Of a stretch of 64,000 bases of DNA, positions 16,263-31,715 are shown piece after piece. The DNA comes from Eledone cirrhosa. Its lineage: Eukaryota. The DNA lies in the NCBI GenBank assembly GCA_964016885.1, contig OZ024751.1, forward strand, positions 47,492,001 through 47,556,000. Direction: 5' to 3'. Position 1 is the first letter of the stretch. Every line of letters begins with the position of its first letter. The position numbers were made by a program, and so were the translations under genes. The notes under the pieces were generated by a model that had not been told where the DNA came from, did no database searches, and saw nothing but the letters and a program-made list of their open reading frames with translations.

Positions 16263-16670
16263 TAATAAGAGGAATTCCAACTTTGTCTGATTTATTCGTT
16301 TTATTTATAATCCTTTAAAATATATATAATGGTATTATAATGAAATAGTATGATAGAATATTAAATTCTAAGTGTTAATTGAACAAGTACTTTCATGCTT
16401 TCGCAATCTTCAGGTTCATGATATGTGGTGACAGTCGAGTTTGCAATTTTCTCGACTGTCACCACATATCATGAACCTGAAGATTGCGAAAGCATGAAAG
16501 TACTTGTTCAATTAACACTTAGAATTTAATATTCTATCATACTATTTCATTATAATACCATTATATATTTTAAAGGATTGTAAATAAAACGAGTAAATCA
16601 GACAAAGTTGGAATTCCTCTTATTAATATAATCTTCTATACACAATCATACACACCCGTGTATATTTACC
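16263..16670. mobile_element. (TA)n-flanked fold-back element (inverted repeat 16263-16626)
   Basis: Arms of about 175 bp with a few mismatches, loop 16440-16450, HHR in each arm. Confidence 0.88.
16472..16510 (+). ncRNA. 39-nt minimal hammerhead (mirror copy 16380-16418 on -)
   Basis: tgaac-CTGAAGA-ttgc(gaaa)gcat-GAAA-GTAC-TT-gttca: 5-bp stem I, GNRA-capped stem II, palindromic GTAC. Confidence 0.82.
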
Positions 16671-16686
16671 GATCTATATCTATATC

Positions 16687-16721
<35 letters not shown>

Positions 16722-16784
16722 GTATATATATGTATATATAAATATACTTATATATATGTATATGCCCCCACATCCCCCACCGAA

Positions 16785-17050
16785 AGGTGGTTGTGGAGGT
16801 GCCACGGCAAAAAAGCACCCAGCCCACACTGTAAAGTGGACGTGTAGGCGCCACGAAAAAGCACCCAGCACTCACTGTAAATGAGGTTGGTGTTAGGAAG
16901 GGCATCCAGCTGTAGAAATCAAGCCAAATCAGTTCCTGTATGAGCAAGGCATGGTCAGCCGACCAGACACTGCCCACAACAAGACAACCCGTCTAACCCA
17001 TGCTAGCGTGGAAGAACGGACGTAAAATGGTGATGATGATGATGATGATG
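16785..17050 (+). mobile_element. RTE-related SINE or 3' end with a (GAT)n tail
   Basis: ggttggtgttaggaagggcatccagctgtagaaa...aacccatgctagcgtggaagaacggacgtaaaatgg(tga)n; family assignment is from recollection of mollusc repeats. Confidence 0.65.
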
Positions 17051-17068
17051 TATATATACTTATATATA

Positions 17069-17124
<56 letters not shown>

Positions 17125-17238
17125 GGAGTAAGTAAGATCCTCGGGGACTTACTTATTCCTATTACCCACTCTACTACCCTAAGTATTGAGTACTTTGGTG
17201 CGTTATGGTCCACCTGGTTCCTTACCACTTTTCCCTCG

Positions 17239-17281
<43 letters not shown>

Positions 17282-17301
17282 TATACACACATACATATAT
17301 A

Positions 17302-17383
<82 letters not shown>

Positions 17384-17604
17384 TATATAATATATATCTC
17401 ACTCTAGTAACAAATAAATATCTATTTTGGATGTCATCCTTTCATATTCCTTTTCCCCTCCTGACAGATTAGAGAACTCGTCAGTAACATTTGAAAGCCA
17501 ACACACTACGTACAGATGAATACAGTTTTGAATAACGAAATATGCCATGGGGAAATCTGTCTATCTCTCTATCAATACACCAGCAATACTCTAGAACATA
17601 TATG

Positions 17605-17664
<60 letters not shown>

Positions 17665-17777
17665 ATATACAGACACATATATATACCTCTGTGTGTATAC
17701 GTGTATGTTTGTATATACAAATACATACATAAACATATACTGGTATATACATTTATATATATATGTACATACATACA

Positions 17778-17840
<63 letters not shown>

Positions 17841-18054
17841 TTATGTACATAATGTATCATATTTCGTGTGTCTGCTTGTGTGTTATTGTATGTCTAGTGT
17901 TTTTTTTAGTTTCAAAATCTCTTTATTGACCAAAATAGGGAAGCAAAGGAAATTTCATATTTACAAAAGTGTTCATTTTTTTAATGAAAATGTTTTGAGA
18001 TTCCTTGTTCATTTACTTGCCCTCTTTTATATGTGAATGTATGCACACTCACAC

Positions 18055-18143
<89 letters not shown>

Positions 18144-18166
18144 ACACACACACAACACACACGCAC

Positions 18167-18200
<34 letters not shown>

Positions 18201-18219
18201 CAGTATACATATATATACA

Positions 18220-18259
<40 letters not shown>

Positions 18260-18760
18260 TGTATATATATATATATATACTGTATATAATAGAAAAAAAC
18301 CGAGGAAGTTTCGTTTACAGTCTAATGAGTAGATCGATACTGGAGTCGGGTCCATAACTGTTATAGGTGAATCTTATGGGTGACCTTGAGCTAATCCTCT
18401 GCGAAACGTGCGTAACAGTTCGATACACGATAAATATTTTAAAATGTAAACAAAACCTCCTCGTTTTTTTTCTATTATATACACTCTGCCTGTGCATAGA
18501 GTGCTTCATGTGGTACCAACACCTACAACCCACTGTATTACCCCCCCCCCCCCAGACTATATATATATCAGATTCAGATTTAAGCAAAGAATCGCTGCTT
18601 TCACCCTTAACGGGATCTTTTGTTATTAGTATCAGAAAATCCCATTAACATTGGAAGCAGCGATTCTTTGCTTAAACTTTAATCTATTATTTTAATAAAT
18701 ATTGGCTCAAGGGTCCGGTCCTTTATATATTTGATATATATTTATCACATTTATTATTAT

Positions 18761-18825
<65 letters not shown>

Positions 18826-18927
18826 TATATATATATGCATTATATATATATATCTATATGTATATAGTGAATGCTATAGAATACATACACTTATACATTC
18901 ACATTATATAATACAAATATAATATTT

Positions 18928-18992
<65 letters not shown>

Positions 18993-19207
18993 ATATATGT
19001 TTGTGTATGTGTATATATTGAACTCTCATGATAACTATAAAATACTTCATGTAAGATGGGTATATATAGATCTTCAAGAAAATGAGCAAAATATATTATA
19101 TACACATGAGTATTGCTATATAAAGATTTCTTTACTTAAATCTATTTAGCAAACTAAAATATATGAGACATACATAAAAAAATTCATATATGCATACACC
19201 ACACACG

Positions 19208-19265
<58 letters not shown>

Positions 19266-19751
19266 ACACACACACACACACACACACGACACACACACAC
19301 ACACACACACCCACACCACCACACACACACACACACACACACACCCACCACAACACCCACACACACACACACACACACTCACACACACACACACACACAC
19401 ACACGTACACACACACACACACACTACACACACACACACACCCACACACACGTACACACACACACACACACTCACACACATACACCCACCTCAACACACA
19501 TACTACATCACACACATAATACAAACATTCATTATTGTTGCTTTGTGCTTGAAGTAGAGACTCCTAGGATAATATCACGAATGTTGCTGAGGCAGATAAA
19601 GAGAGAAGAGAGAGAGAAGAGAGAGAGAGAAGAGGAAGAGAGAGAGAGAAGAGAGAAGAGAAGAGAGAAGAAGAGAGAGAGAAGAGAGAGGAGAGGAAGA
19701 GAGAGAGGAAGAAAGAGAGAGAGAGAGAGAGAAAGAAAGAGTGAGGAAGAG

Positions 19752-19785
<34 letters not shown>

Positions 19786-20088
19786 GAAGACAGAGAGAGG
19801 AAGAGAGAGCACACTTTACATAAATATATACAAATCTGTCGATTTTCGCGCGCGTCTCTGTGTATGTATGTATATAAGTATAACCACAGTCTCTCTATAT
19901 ATATGTACAAATTTATACACACACACATACACACACACATATATATATACATATATATATACAGCATATCTATATACATAATGCAAATAACTACAATAAT
20001 AATTGTTTCTACTTTTGGCACAAGGCAAGCAATTACCCAGTGCATTACTGGTACTATTATTTTATCGAGTAATCCCTCAGCGGGATTT

Positions 20089-20598
20089 GAACTCATACAG
20101 TAAAGGGACGTAACTCTATGCTAGAAAGCATGGTGTCTGACTCTCTACCGATACTGTCTATCTACCACCAATCTACCAGTAGTAACAGTTAATATTGAAC
20201 TCATACAGTAAAGGGACGTAACTCTATGCTAGAAAGCAGGGTGTCTGACTCTACCGATACTGTCTATCTACTACCAATCTACCAGTAGTAACAGTTAATA
20301 TTGAACTCATACAGTAAAGGGACGTAACTCTATGCTAGAAAGCAGGGTGTCTGACTCTACCGATACTGTCTATCTACTACCAATCTACCAGTAGTAACAG
20401 TTAATATTGAACTCATACAGTAAAGGGACGTAACTCTATGCTAGAAAGCAGGGTGTCTGACTCTACCGATACTGTCTATCTACCACCAATCTACCAGTAG
20501 TAACAGTTAATATTGAACTCATACAGTAAAGGGACGTAACTCTATGCTAGAAAGCAGGGTGTCTGACTCTCTACCGATACTGCCAATCTACCGCCCTA
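20089..20598. repeat. Minisatellite, 106-bp unit x about 4.8, derived from a SINE segment
   Basis: Units start at 20089, 20197, 20303, 20409 and 20515; the unit is homologous to SINE sequence at 22248-22330. Confidence 0.9.
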
Positions 20599-21384
20599 CA
20601 ATAATAATCAATAACTGTAAATTAAATTTGTATAAATTGGGTTTAGGTGGAGTTCTTAAGCCACCGGATAGATAGGAAATCTGACTAGGAGTACAGGTAA
20701 CCGATTAAATAAGACTACATGGTGTGGATAGGGGCTTCACTGGTGTCTTTGTTGCTGTTGTTGTTGTTGTTGTTGTTGTGAAGGGACGTAACTTAGTTCT
20801 TCGGTTGTTTAGCTCAGGATCGTAAGGTCGAAAGTTCGATTCCCGGTCCTTTTGGGTACTTTTCTAGACAGTGGTCGTCTCCAAATTTACATCGGGACCC
20901 TACCTATCATCTATATACATATATGGTGGCTGCTAATTCGTTTTCGAGTATGGCCACTACTTTATATCCATGTAGGAGAACCCCTACCGATGCGCTGAAC
21001 GAGTGTGACTTTTTAGTCCAGCCAGCGACTTGAAAACTCTGGTACAAACACTACACTTGTGATAATCATTGACACATAGTGCTGGGCCCATGGTACCATG
21101 TGACGACAAGTGCAGAGAGATCTCCAGATATAAAGCAATGCCTGTGCCGTGAAGCTTTTATAGTGAGCAAAGGCACTGCACAAAGCCAGTCCCACTCTCT
21201 TAACCAAGATGATATTTACCAAAAAGAAGAACAAGTCAACATCATTGGATACCATCAGGGTTGCAGATGTTATATCAGGGTTTTCCTTCTCCTAGAATTC
21301 TGCCTTGACAAAGGCTAAGGGGTCATATATATATATATATATATGTATATATAGAAGTAGTAACACAATAGTTAGTTCAGCAGA

Positions 21385-21429
21385 CCGAGAACAATTGTTT
21401 CACCTTATGCGGATCTTCATTCAGCTCGG
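21385..21429 (-). ncRNA. Variant hammerhead with one extra base in the core (CTGAATGA)
   Basis: ccgag-CTGAATGA-agatccgcataaggt-GAAA-CAATTG-TT-ctcgg: stem I is 5 bp, CAATTG is palindromic, stem II is weak. A related partial copy lies at 60290-60350. Confidence 0.55.
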
Positions 21430-21502
21430 ACTCCGAGCTTCTACCAAAGTCATCCCAGGACTGGGTGCTCTACCACTACGGATATTACCTTCCAGTGTTC
21501 TA

Positions 21503-21568
<66 letters not shown>

Positions 21569-21692
21569 AAAAAGAAATCGAAAATGCAACTAGAGTCTTT
21601 TTAAGAATATTCATTTGTTTCCTATACCGATTTCACAGTTCTTATGCAGAATTGAGACAAAGGGTTTGCGGTTTTTCTCGCATATATATATA

Positions 21693-21884
21693 TAGGAAAA
21701 TATTTAACCCCGACGGCAGAGCTCAAGCGGTTTCGACGGCTATTTCTGGACTCTGCGTCTAGAAATAGCCGTCGAAACGGCTTGAGCTCTGCCGTCGGGG
21801 TTAAACATTTTCCTATTACCCCTTCTACTACTCTAAGCATTGAGTGCGTTATAGTCCATCTGGTTCCTTACCACACGTCCTTCG

Positions 21885-21888
<4 letters not shown>
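21693..21888. mobile_element. Family C short element: hairpin of about 55 bp plus a unique tail; other copies 24722-24918 and 59829-60017, partial copies 17122-17242 and 53775-53893
   Basis: Shared sequence gtggtaaggaaccagatggaccataacgca...ccccgacggcagagctcaagccgtttcgacggctatttct plus its reverse complement; all copies are TA-flanked. Confidence 0.85.
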
Positions 21889-21916
<28 letters not shown>

Positions 21917-21978
21917 CCCACACATACAGATTAATACATACACACATTAACGAACAACTAGTGTAAGCTACACTTTAC

Positions 21979-22086
21979 CGGTGCATCTTGTTCAGCAGGT
22001 CTGAATTCTGAATATAGAATGGCAATTTGGTAAGGCAGCCAACAAACGACGAACGCTGCAAGAATCATCATCAACATCAGAACAAT
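21979..22086 (-). CDS. Next exon (TM6) of the same GPCR; absent from the ORF track
   Basis: 108 nt, phase 0/0, translating IVLMLMMILAAFVVCWLPYQIAILYSEFRPAEQDAP with the FxxCWLP motif. Acceptor ttctttttttctag, donor gtaaag. Splices in frame after ...LRVKRK of the upstream exon across an intron of about 11.4 kb. Confidence 0.92.
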
Positions 22087-22674
22087 CTAGAAAAAAGAAA
22101 AGAATGGTAATAATGGTTTCTTATATAGGCACAAGGCCAGCAATTTTGGGGGTGGGAACAGTCGATTAAATCGACCCCAGTGGGTGACTGGTACTTAATT
22201 TTATCGACCCCGTAAAGATGAAAGGCAAAGTTAACCTCGGCGGGATTTGAACTCAGATCATAAAGGGCCGTAACTCTATGCTGGAAATCATAGCGTCCGA
22301 CCCTCTACCGATTCTGCCGATCCACCTCCCTTTAATGTTAATAGCAACAATAATAATAACAGAAATAAACTCCATGAAAACTAAAGACTTAACAAGATTA
22401 TTTCCATAAGGGCTCCGCTAATAGGGATTTTGTTTTTAATAATTGACAAGCGCCCAGATTTCATTCTCTTACTGAGGTGGGGTGGAACTCATCATCTCGG
22501 ACCAAGGAAACGTTGTTTCCATTGGTCGCAGCTCTATCTACCGGTCGTAATTCCTGGCAAAAATAAAAGCAATGTGAAATAAAGTGTCTTGCTCTAGGAT
22601 ATAACACATCGCTTGGTCCGGGAATTGAACTCGCAACCTCACGATTATGAAGCCGCATACCACACATAGATACG

Positions 22675-22752
<78 letters not shown>

Positions 22753-22771
22753 CAAGTATATATATATATAT

Positions 22772-23248
<477 letters not shown>

Positions 23249-23332
23249 TAAAAAGAACAGAAAGATGCAGTAAAAGAGATTTATTCGGTTCTTACGTACG
23301 TTTCAATAGACATCTATTTGCCTAGATCTCGC

Positions 23333-23407
<75 letters not shown>

Positions 23408-23415
<8 letters not shown>

Positions 23416-24205
23416 ATACTTTGGGAGGATCATGCTGCCAATAAGAAACACACGCACCAGTTGCTTTCACTTCAATTTATTAAATATTTATAAATTTATA
23501 AATTTACAAATCTACAAACTTATATATTTCTGGTTGGTTGGTTGGTTCCACAACCAGATAGTTGTTTATATATAGTCATAGTCCTTTCGTCACACACTCT
23601 TTTGGTTTTAATTCTTTTATGCTTACTGCCTCTGTAATTTAGGCAAATTACAGAGGCAGTAAGCATAAAAGAATTAAAACCAAAATTAAATAGAAAATAT
23701 GAGTGGAACAGCAACATCACAACTTACAATTAAGGACAAAATGAAAACACACACACACATAGAACAAACAACCAACCAACAACATGTAAATAAATAAACA
23801 AATAGATAAATGAACACAAACACACACAGACACCCGGATGTGGCGCATGCGCAAACTGAGCACACAACACACACACAGAAACAAAATGGCGTAGGACAGA
23901 AGAAAGGAAAGGCACAGAAACAAAGAAAGGAATCCCCAGTCACTGAAGAGGTCACAGAGTGTGTGACGAAAGGACTATGACTATATATAAACAACTATCT
24001 GGTTGTGGAACCAACCAACCAACCAGAAATATATAAGTTTGTAGATTTGTAAATTAATAAATTTATAAATATTTAATAAATTGAAGTGAAAGCAACTGGT
24101 GCTTGTGTTTCTTATTGGCAGCATGACCCTCCCAAAGTATAACAATATCGGTTTCAACACACGATTTCAGATAAAGAATCTTGCTAAACAAATTCAGAAA
24201 CGAAA
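23408..24205. mobile_element. (TA)n-flanked inverted-repeat element, family D, with a nested hairpin at 23600-23686
   Basis: Arms 23408-23600 and 23957-24147; the left arm stops inside the HHR stem II loop. A tail homologue lies at 15712-15905. Confidence 0.85.
23938..23982 (+). ncRNA. Minimal hammerhead, family D
   Basis: agtca-CTGAAGA-g-gtcaca(gagtg)tgtgac-GAAA-GGAC-TA-tgact. Confidence 0.82.
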
Positions 24206-24531
24206 TATATATATATATATATATATATATTTAATACATTAACAGAGAAGGCTTTAAGCGATACTCTGACCAACTCCATCTCACTCAACAAACATTAGGA
24301 TATACCTAAGTATAATCCCAATTAAGTGTTTGGGGTGCTAACTATATTGTATTCCGTGGATAGTTGGTTGTATTATTTTATATGAGACATAATGAAATAA
24401 ATCTCTCAAACTATATCTAATTATATTCTGTGTAAAATCAATAGTGATGTAGTTATTACGAGAATTTCCTCTATTTAAAATATCTTATTAACGAATGAAA
24501 CAAACAGACGCAGATTTATATATACATATAT

Positions 24532-24570
<39 letters not shown>

Positions 24571-24633
24571 CATATTTACAATTTTACAAATTTAAATGAT
24601 CCAGCGATCTATATATCGTACGAAATCTCTCCC

Positions 24634-24723
<90 letters not shown>

Positions 24724-25091
24724 CAAAGGAATTGTGGTAAGGAACCAGATGGACCATAACGCACCAGAGTACTCAATACTTAGGGTAGTAGAGTGGGAAA
24801 TAGGAAAAAGTATGACCCCGACGGCAGAGCTCAAGACGTTTCGACGGCTATTTCTGAGTCCAGAAATAGCCCGTCGAAACGGCTTGAGCTCTGCCGTCGG
24901 GGTTATACTTTTTCCTATATAGATATATATATATATATACATACATATATAATATATATATACATATATATACATACATACATATATAATATATTATATA
25001 TATATATATATAATATATTATATATATATATATATATAAATATGTATATATTATACACATATATATATGTATAATATATACATATTTATAT

Positions 25092-25201
<110 letters not shown>

Positions 25202-25291
25202 TATATATATATGTATATATATATAAATATAAATTCAGCGAGAATCGCATTACGGCGGGTAAAAAAAGCGAAACGCAACGCAAATTTCGAG

Positions 25292-25374
<83 letters not shown>

Positions 25375-25385
25375 CATATATATAC

Positions 25386-25475
<90 letters not shown>

Positions 25476-25699
25476 GAGTAGAAAAGGCAAAGAGAAATAG
25501 AGATAAAGATAAACAGATAGAAGAGGTAGTTTAAATGTTAATGTGATCACCAGCCAAGTAATGTTTAATTTGCAAATGGCGTTTTATAATTTTTAAATAA
25601 CAGGATACGGAAATTGAATGGATCTGAGTCGTAGTGGGTAATTTTTTATGATTAGATTGCATTTGTTTTCCAAATGTTATTTAACAATCCTTTTATCGT

Positions 25700-26090
25700 T
25701 GCTGTCTTTGTTGTTGATATTGCTGTTGTTGTTGCTATTGTTGTTGTTGGTGTTGTTGTTACTGTTGTTTTTGTTGTTGGTGGTGTTGATATCGCTGTTG
25801 TTGTGGGTATTTTTGTTGTTGATATTGCTGTTGTTGTTGGTATTGCTGTTGTTGTTGGTATTGTTGTTGTTGTTATTGCTGCTGTTGTTGGTATTGTTGT
25901 TGTTGTTATTGCTGTTGTTGTTGGTATTGTTGTTGTTGTTGCTGTTGTTGTATTGCTGTTGTTGTTGGTATTTTTGTTGTTGATATTGCTGTTGTTGTTG
26001 GTATTGTTGTTGTTGTTATTGCTGTTGTTGTTGGTATTGTTGTTGTTGTATTGTTGTTGTTGTTGTTGCTGTTGTTGTTGCTGCTGTTAT
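25700..26090. repeat. (TTG)n degenerate microsatellite
   Basis: Directly visible. Confidence 0.95.
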
Positions 26091-26545
26091 TAATGCACTC
26101 CATACAACCGGACAATAAACAATTACTTGTTGAGATTATTGAAAGGAAGGAAATCCTTCTTTTCACAGCGATGACGATACTCTAATCTAATTTACGGCTG
26201 CAGTGATGGCGGAGTGGTTAAGTAGTTTAGTTTCAACATTTCCCGATTTCGCGTTTAATCCCTCCTGTTCCGCCCAACATTGCGTGAGTGTCTTCTACTC
26301 TAGTCTAAAGTTGACTAAAGTCTTATAAGTGAAATTTGGTTGACGGAATCTATGTGGAAGTCAGTCAATTTAACACTTGAAACAGTCTCTTCGGTGTTCT
26401 TGTAACATTATAGATTTCGCTAGGAGTACACTAAGCTGCAAACTTTCGGATCAAGTTTCCAAATTCTCCTCTACCAGCCTTCTGTTTTACATTTTTTCAT
26501 CTTCCTTTCAACTACACCGTTCCACCATACCATCACACTTCATTT

Positions 26546-26575
<30 letters not shown>

Positions 26576-26576
<1 letters not shown>

Positions 26577-26905
26577 TCTAGTTTTATAATTTCACGAATG
26601 TTTGCCAATAGAGAGAGAGAGAGTCAGTTTCTAACATAGACACAAGACTCTCTCATTGGAATTTACACAACATCAATTAGGTAGATATGTATGTATGTCT
26701 GCATGCATGTGTAGGTATGGTTGTTATTGAATGTGTGGATGTGTATGTTTTGAGTTGTATGTATGCATGTGTATATGCTTTGTATCTGTACATGTGTATA
26801 TGCAGTTATTAGATACAAAATGTTTGGAATGTTTTACATATTTTTACTGTTCCATTAATGGATTGTACTTGTAATTTCCTAACTAGTTGTGTTCTTTCTG
26901 TTTCT
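26576..26905 (-). mobile_element. 3' end of the 7.5-kb R4-like family
   Basis: Reverse complement of 8010-8330; abuts (TATG)n at its 3' end. Confidence 0.85.
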
Positions 26906-27850
26906 GTTTCTGTTTCTGTTTATGTATGAAAAAGAAATCTGCAGCTTTGGAAGCATCCGATGATGTTGACCAGTTCTCCTTTTCGAGTAGTGTTTCCGAT
27001 GCTCAGAGAGTGGGATTGTTCGAGTGCAAGGCCTTTCCCCACTTAAAAAACTTTCAAAGCACAGGCATTGCTTGTTTAGGATATGTTACAGGTTCCTGTG
27101 GCTGGCCGTAGCCTAAAAGTGCACCAAACTCTATAATCTGACAAGCAACTGCAATACTCTTAGCAGAGTTTGCAGCCATCATGTATGTATGTATGTATGT
27201 ATGTATGTATGTATGTATGTATGTATGTATGTATGTATGTATGTATGTATGTATGTATGTATGTATGTATGTATGTATGTATGTGTGTGTATGTGTGTGT
27301 ATGTGTGTATATGGTCCCGTAACTCCTGATATAGTCGTAGGGGCGCCGTATACGGCGTTCCCTGGACATTTAAAGCCCGGCGGAGCCCATCCCTCTCCAG
27401 ACCTTCATTTGATAGTCCATCAACAAATGACAACAAACACTTTAATCCTTCTTTTAAAAGCAGAGAGAAAAACGTGAATCTTGTTGAACTAATAAGCACA
27501 TATTTGTGCTTATTCGTTCGTAGTGTAAAATAACAAACAAACTTAATGGTTGCAGTTCCTGTATACTGATTGATTGAATATATCGATTAGATTATGGTTT
27601 CATTTGATGGACACAGATTGTGAGTGTAAACGGAAACTTTATCAACGTGTGTGTATTTACGTTTACTATTTATTTCCGCCCCGTAGCTTATCGGCTCGAC
27701 AAAATATGTAACAGACTTGAACAAAATAAGTACTGGTGTCGATATAATCGACTAAATCCTATCAATGTGGTGCCCCAGCATGGCGACAGTCTAATGAGTG
27801 AAACCGGTAAAAGAATAAGAGAATAAAATAATATATATATATATATATAT

Positions 27851-27899
27851 GATTCCTGATGATTTCTAAAGAATGAAACAGTTCTAGTCTTGTAGAATC
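27851..27899 (+). ncRNA. Type I hammerhead, family G; starts exactly at the (TA)n boundary
   Basis: gattc-CTGATGA-tttc(taaa)gaat-GAAA-cag(ttctagtc)ttg-TA-gaatc; cleavage triplet GTA. Confidence 0.82.
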
Positions 27900-27969
27900 T
27901 CATCTATATTAAAACTTTTATACTCTGCAAACACTTACTGTGGTTAGCTCCGACTCAACCCGGAATAAC

Positions 27970-28082
<113 letters not shown>

Positions 28083-28301
28083 ATTATATACATATATATA
28101 TATATATACATATATAAATGAAAATAGAGAAATTAATGTAAGCAGAATGCCAACAATAATTCAGGCATATAAGTGACTATACCATCAAGATGAACAAATG
28201 TTTAATGTAAGATGAGGGAAAAGTAATACAATCTTAATTTAAAACAAATCAAGAAAAACTTTATCCTCAGACTTTGTGTAAGTTGGGGAAAAAGCAGTAC
28301 A

Positions 28302-28469
<168 letters not shown>

Positions 28470-28497
28470 AAAGAATAGAGGTGTAACACACAAGTTA

Positions 28498-28923
28498 TTA
28501 TATATTGGTAAACGGAATAGAAAATGATGACAAATTGTTCACAGTTGAAAAATGGTTTAATTAGGAATAAAAGAGTATTAGTGATTGTATGGGTTAGTAT
28601 TCAGTTGTGGTTTTAAGTTTTTAAGTTTTTACCGGTTGCGCATTTCTAAATTGTTTTGACCACAAGAATTTTTGCAAATTGGAGCCACTTTTTTAACATA
28701 AAAACAGGTAGAATTCCCCAAACTAATCAGATCAGAGCAAACAGCACGGACACTCGATCTCAAAATTATTTTTGAAAAGCATTTAGAAATGCGCAACCGG
28801 TAAAAACTTAAAAACTTAAAACCACAACTGAATACTAACCCATACAATCACTAATACTCTTTTATTCCTAATTAAACCATTTTTCAACTGTGAACAATTT
28901 GTCAGCATTTTCTATTCCGTTTA

Positions 28924-28935
<12 letters not shown>
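28498..28935. mobile_element. (TA)n-flanked inverted-repeat element (arms of about 150 bp, spacer of about 130 bp)
   Basis: 28498-28651 is the reverse complement of 28782-28935. The right arm begins with GAAA-TGCGCA, but there is no intact CTGANGA upstream. Confidence 0.75.
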
Positions 28936-28963
<28 letters not shown>

Positions 28964-28992
28964 TAAAGTGAACAACACAATATATAACTACT

Positions 28993-29060
28993 CCATTACC
29001 AAAGGTTTCAGGACCCTAGACAATATTAACATGCGTCTAGTTCGCTCATCAGATATATGG
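28993..29060 (-). ncRNA. Degenerate hammerhead, family I
   Basis: CTGATGA-gcgaactagac...gtctagggtcct-GAAA-CCTTTGG-TA-atgg. Stem I is weakened by an atat insertion. Same stem III type as 50464-50476 and 9-21. Confidence 0.55.
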
Positions 29061-29111
29061 GTTATGGGTTATGAATAGCATCTTTTTTCCTTTGCCTTTT
29101 CTTCGGAAAAA

Positions 29112-29178
<67 letters not shown>

Positions 29179-29316
29179 AAGGTATATATTGAGTTAGGAA
29201 CTCAAAATAGTCTCTTACAATAAATATTTAGTATTCTTTTCACCTTACCAAATCTGGTCCCTTGCGATTTGAACACATGTATGTATATATCTGTGTTCGT
29301 TTTTCTTTTATATTCA

Positions 29317-29348
<32 letters not shown>

Positions 29349-29655
29349 TATTTCATATATTATCAATGACATTAGACAAGAGTATTTATACTTATTAACA
29401 TATTTATATATATGATACCAAAGCCTTTAAACCAAGTTTCGTTTTTGTTCTTTTTTATCCTTCATCTTTGTTGTTCGGTTAATCGATATCAAAGACAGAC
29501 ATCTTGTCCATCTTGTCTGATGGGATATTCTATAGATAAGCCATACGTAGGTTTATGACTGACAATTCTTGGGTTAAGTAGATTTCTAATTTTATGCACA
29601 AGAGGCTTACCAATTAATTTTGCGTTTATTTAGTACACGCACCCATCTATACACG

Positions 29656-29714
<59 letters not shown>

Positions 29715-29743
29715 GTACGCAAATAAATGCAGTGAAGCATGTG

Positions 29744-29784
<41 letters not shown>

Positions 29785-29878
29785 TATTATTATATTACGG
29801 AGATTACTGAGTGTAGCTACTCTGAGTATGCCTGATCAATGACAAACCACAAGACTCGGAGTATATATATATATATGG

Positions 29879-29951
<73 letters not shown>

Positions 29952-29971
29952 TATATATTATATATATATAC

Positions 29972-30656
<685 letters not shown>

Positions 30657-30903
30657 AGTGTGTGTACATATTTAGATACATCTATATCGCTCTCTCTTTC
30701 TCTCTTTCTCTCACTCTCTCCCTACTATATGGAGAGTAAAACTAATATATTTCTTCATTGTATTGTGTCGTTTGCTTTGTTATTTGTGTTTACGTTTTAC
30801 ACACACACATATATATATATATATACAGTATATATATAACTATATATATATAAATATATAAATATATAAATATACATATATATATAAATATATAAATATA
30901 TAA

Positions 30904-30970
<67 letters not shown>

Positions 30971-31055
30971 TATATAAATATACATACATATACAGTATAT
31001 ATCTAACTATAAATATATATATAAATATACATACATACATATATATATTTTATAC

Positions 31056-31090
<35 letters not shown>

Positions 31091-31533
31091 TACCCCCCAC
31101 ACACACATATATATATACATATACATATACGTTACAGGAATAATTGTGATAGAAATCTTTGTATGTTATATGGTGTTAACATTATTTTATCTATCTTTTG
31201 TCCCACTTCCATATGTTCCTATTGCCATCAAATCTTCTATATAGATGTAGCTTTTTATCTTTTCATATATTCATACATTGTTCTTTATGCTTTGTTATAG
31301 TTCTTTATATCTTTCTATATGATTCTGAACATTTAAACAAACCCAACACCGTATGCCATCATCTCACCCTACACTCATCCACCCGGATGCGGGTGTATAT
31401 ATATAAGCATATATACATATATACATATATACATATATACATATATACATACATACATGCATAGATTATACGATATCAACTTATTAACACAAATATACAC
31501 TCCGTATATAATATATATATTATATATATATAC

Positions 31534-31646
<113 letters not shown>

Positions 31647-31673
31647 AATATAATATATATATATATATATATA

Positions 31674-31715
<42 letters not shown>

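Noticed and set aside
20089-20598. CRISPR-like regular array
   Set aside because: Whole units are near-identical with no spacers; it is a SINE-derived minisatellite.
28720-28800. Hammerhead in the 28.5-kb inverted repeat
   Set aside because: Only GAAA-TGCGCA is recognisable; there is no CTGANGA and no NUH/stem I, so at most it is a decayed remnant.
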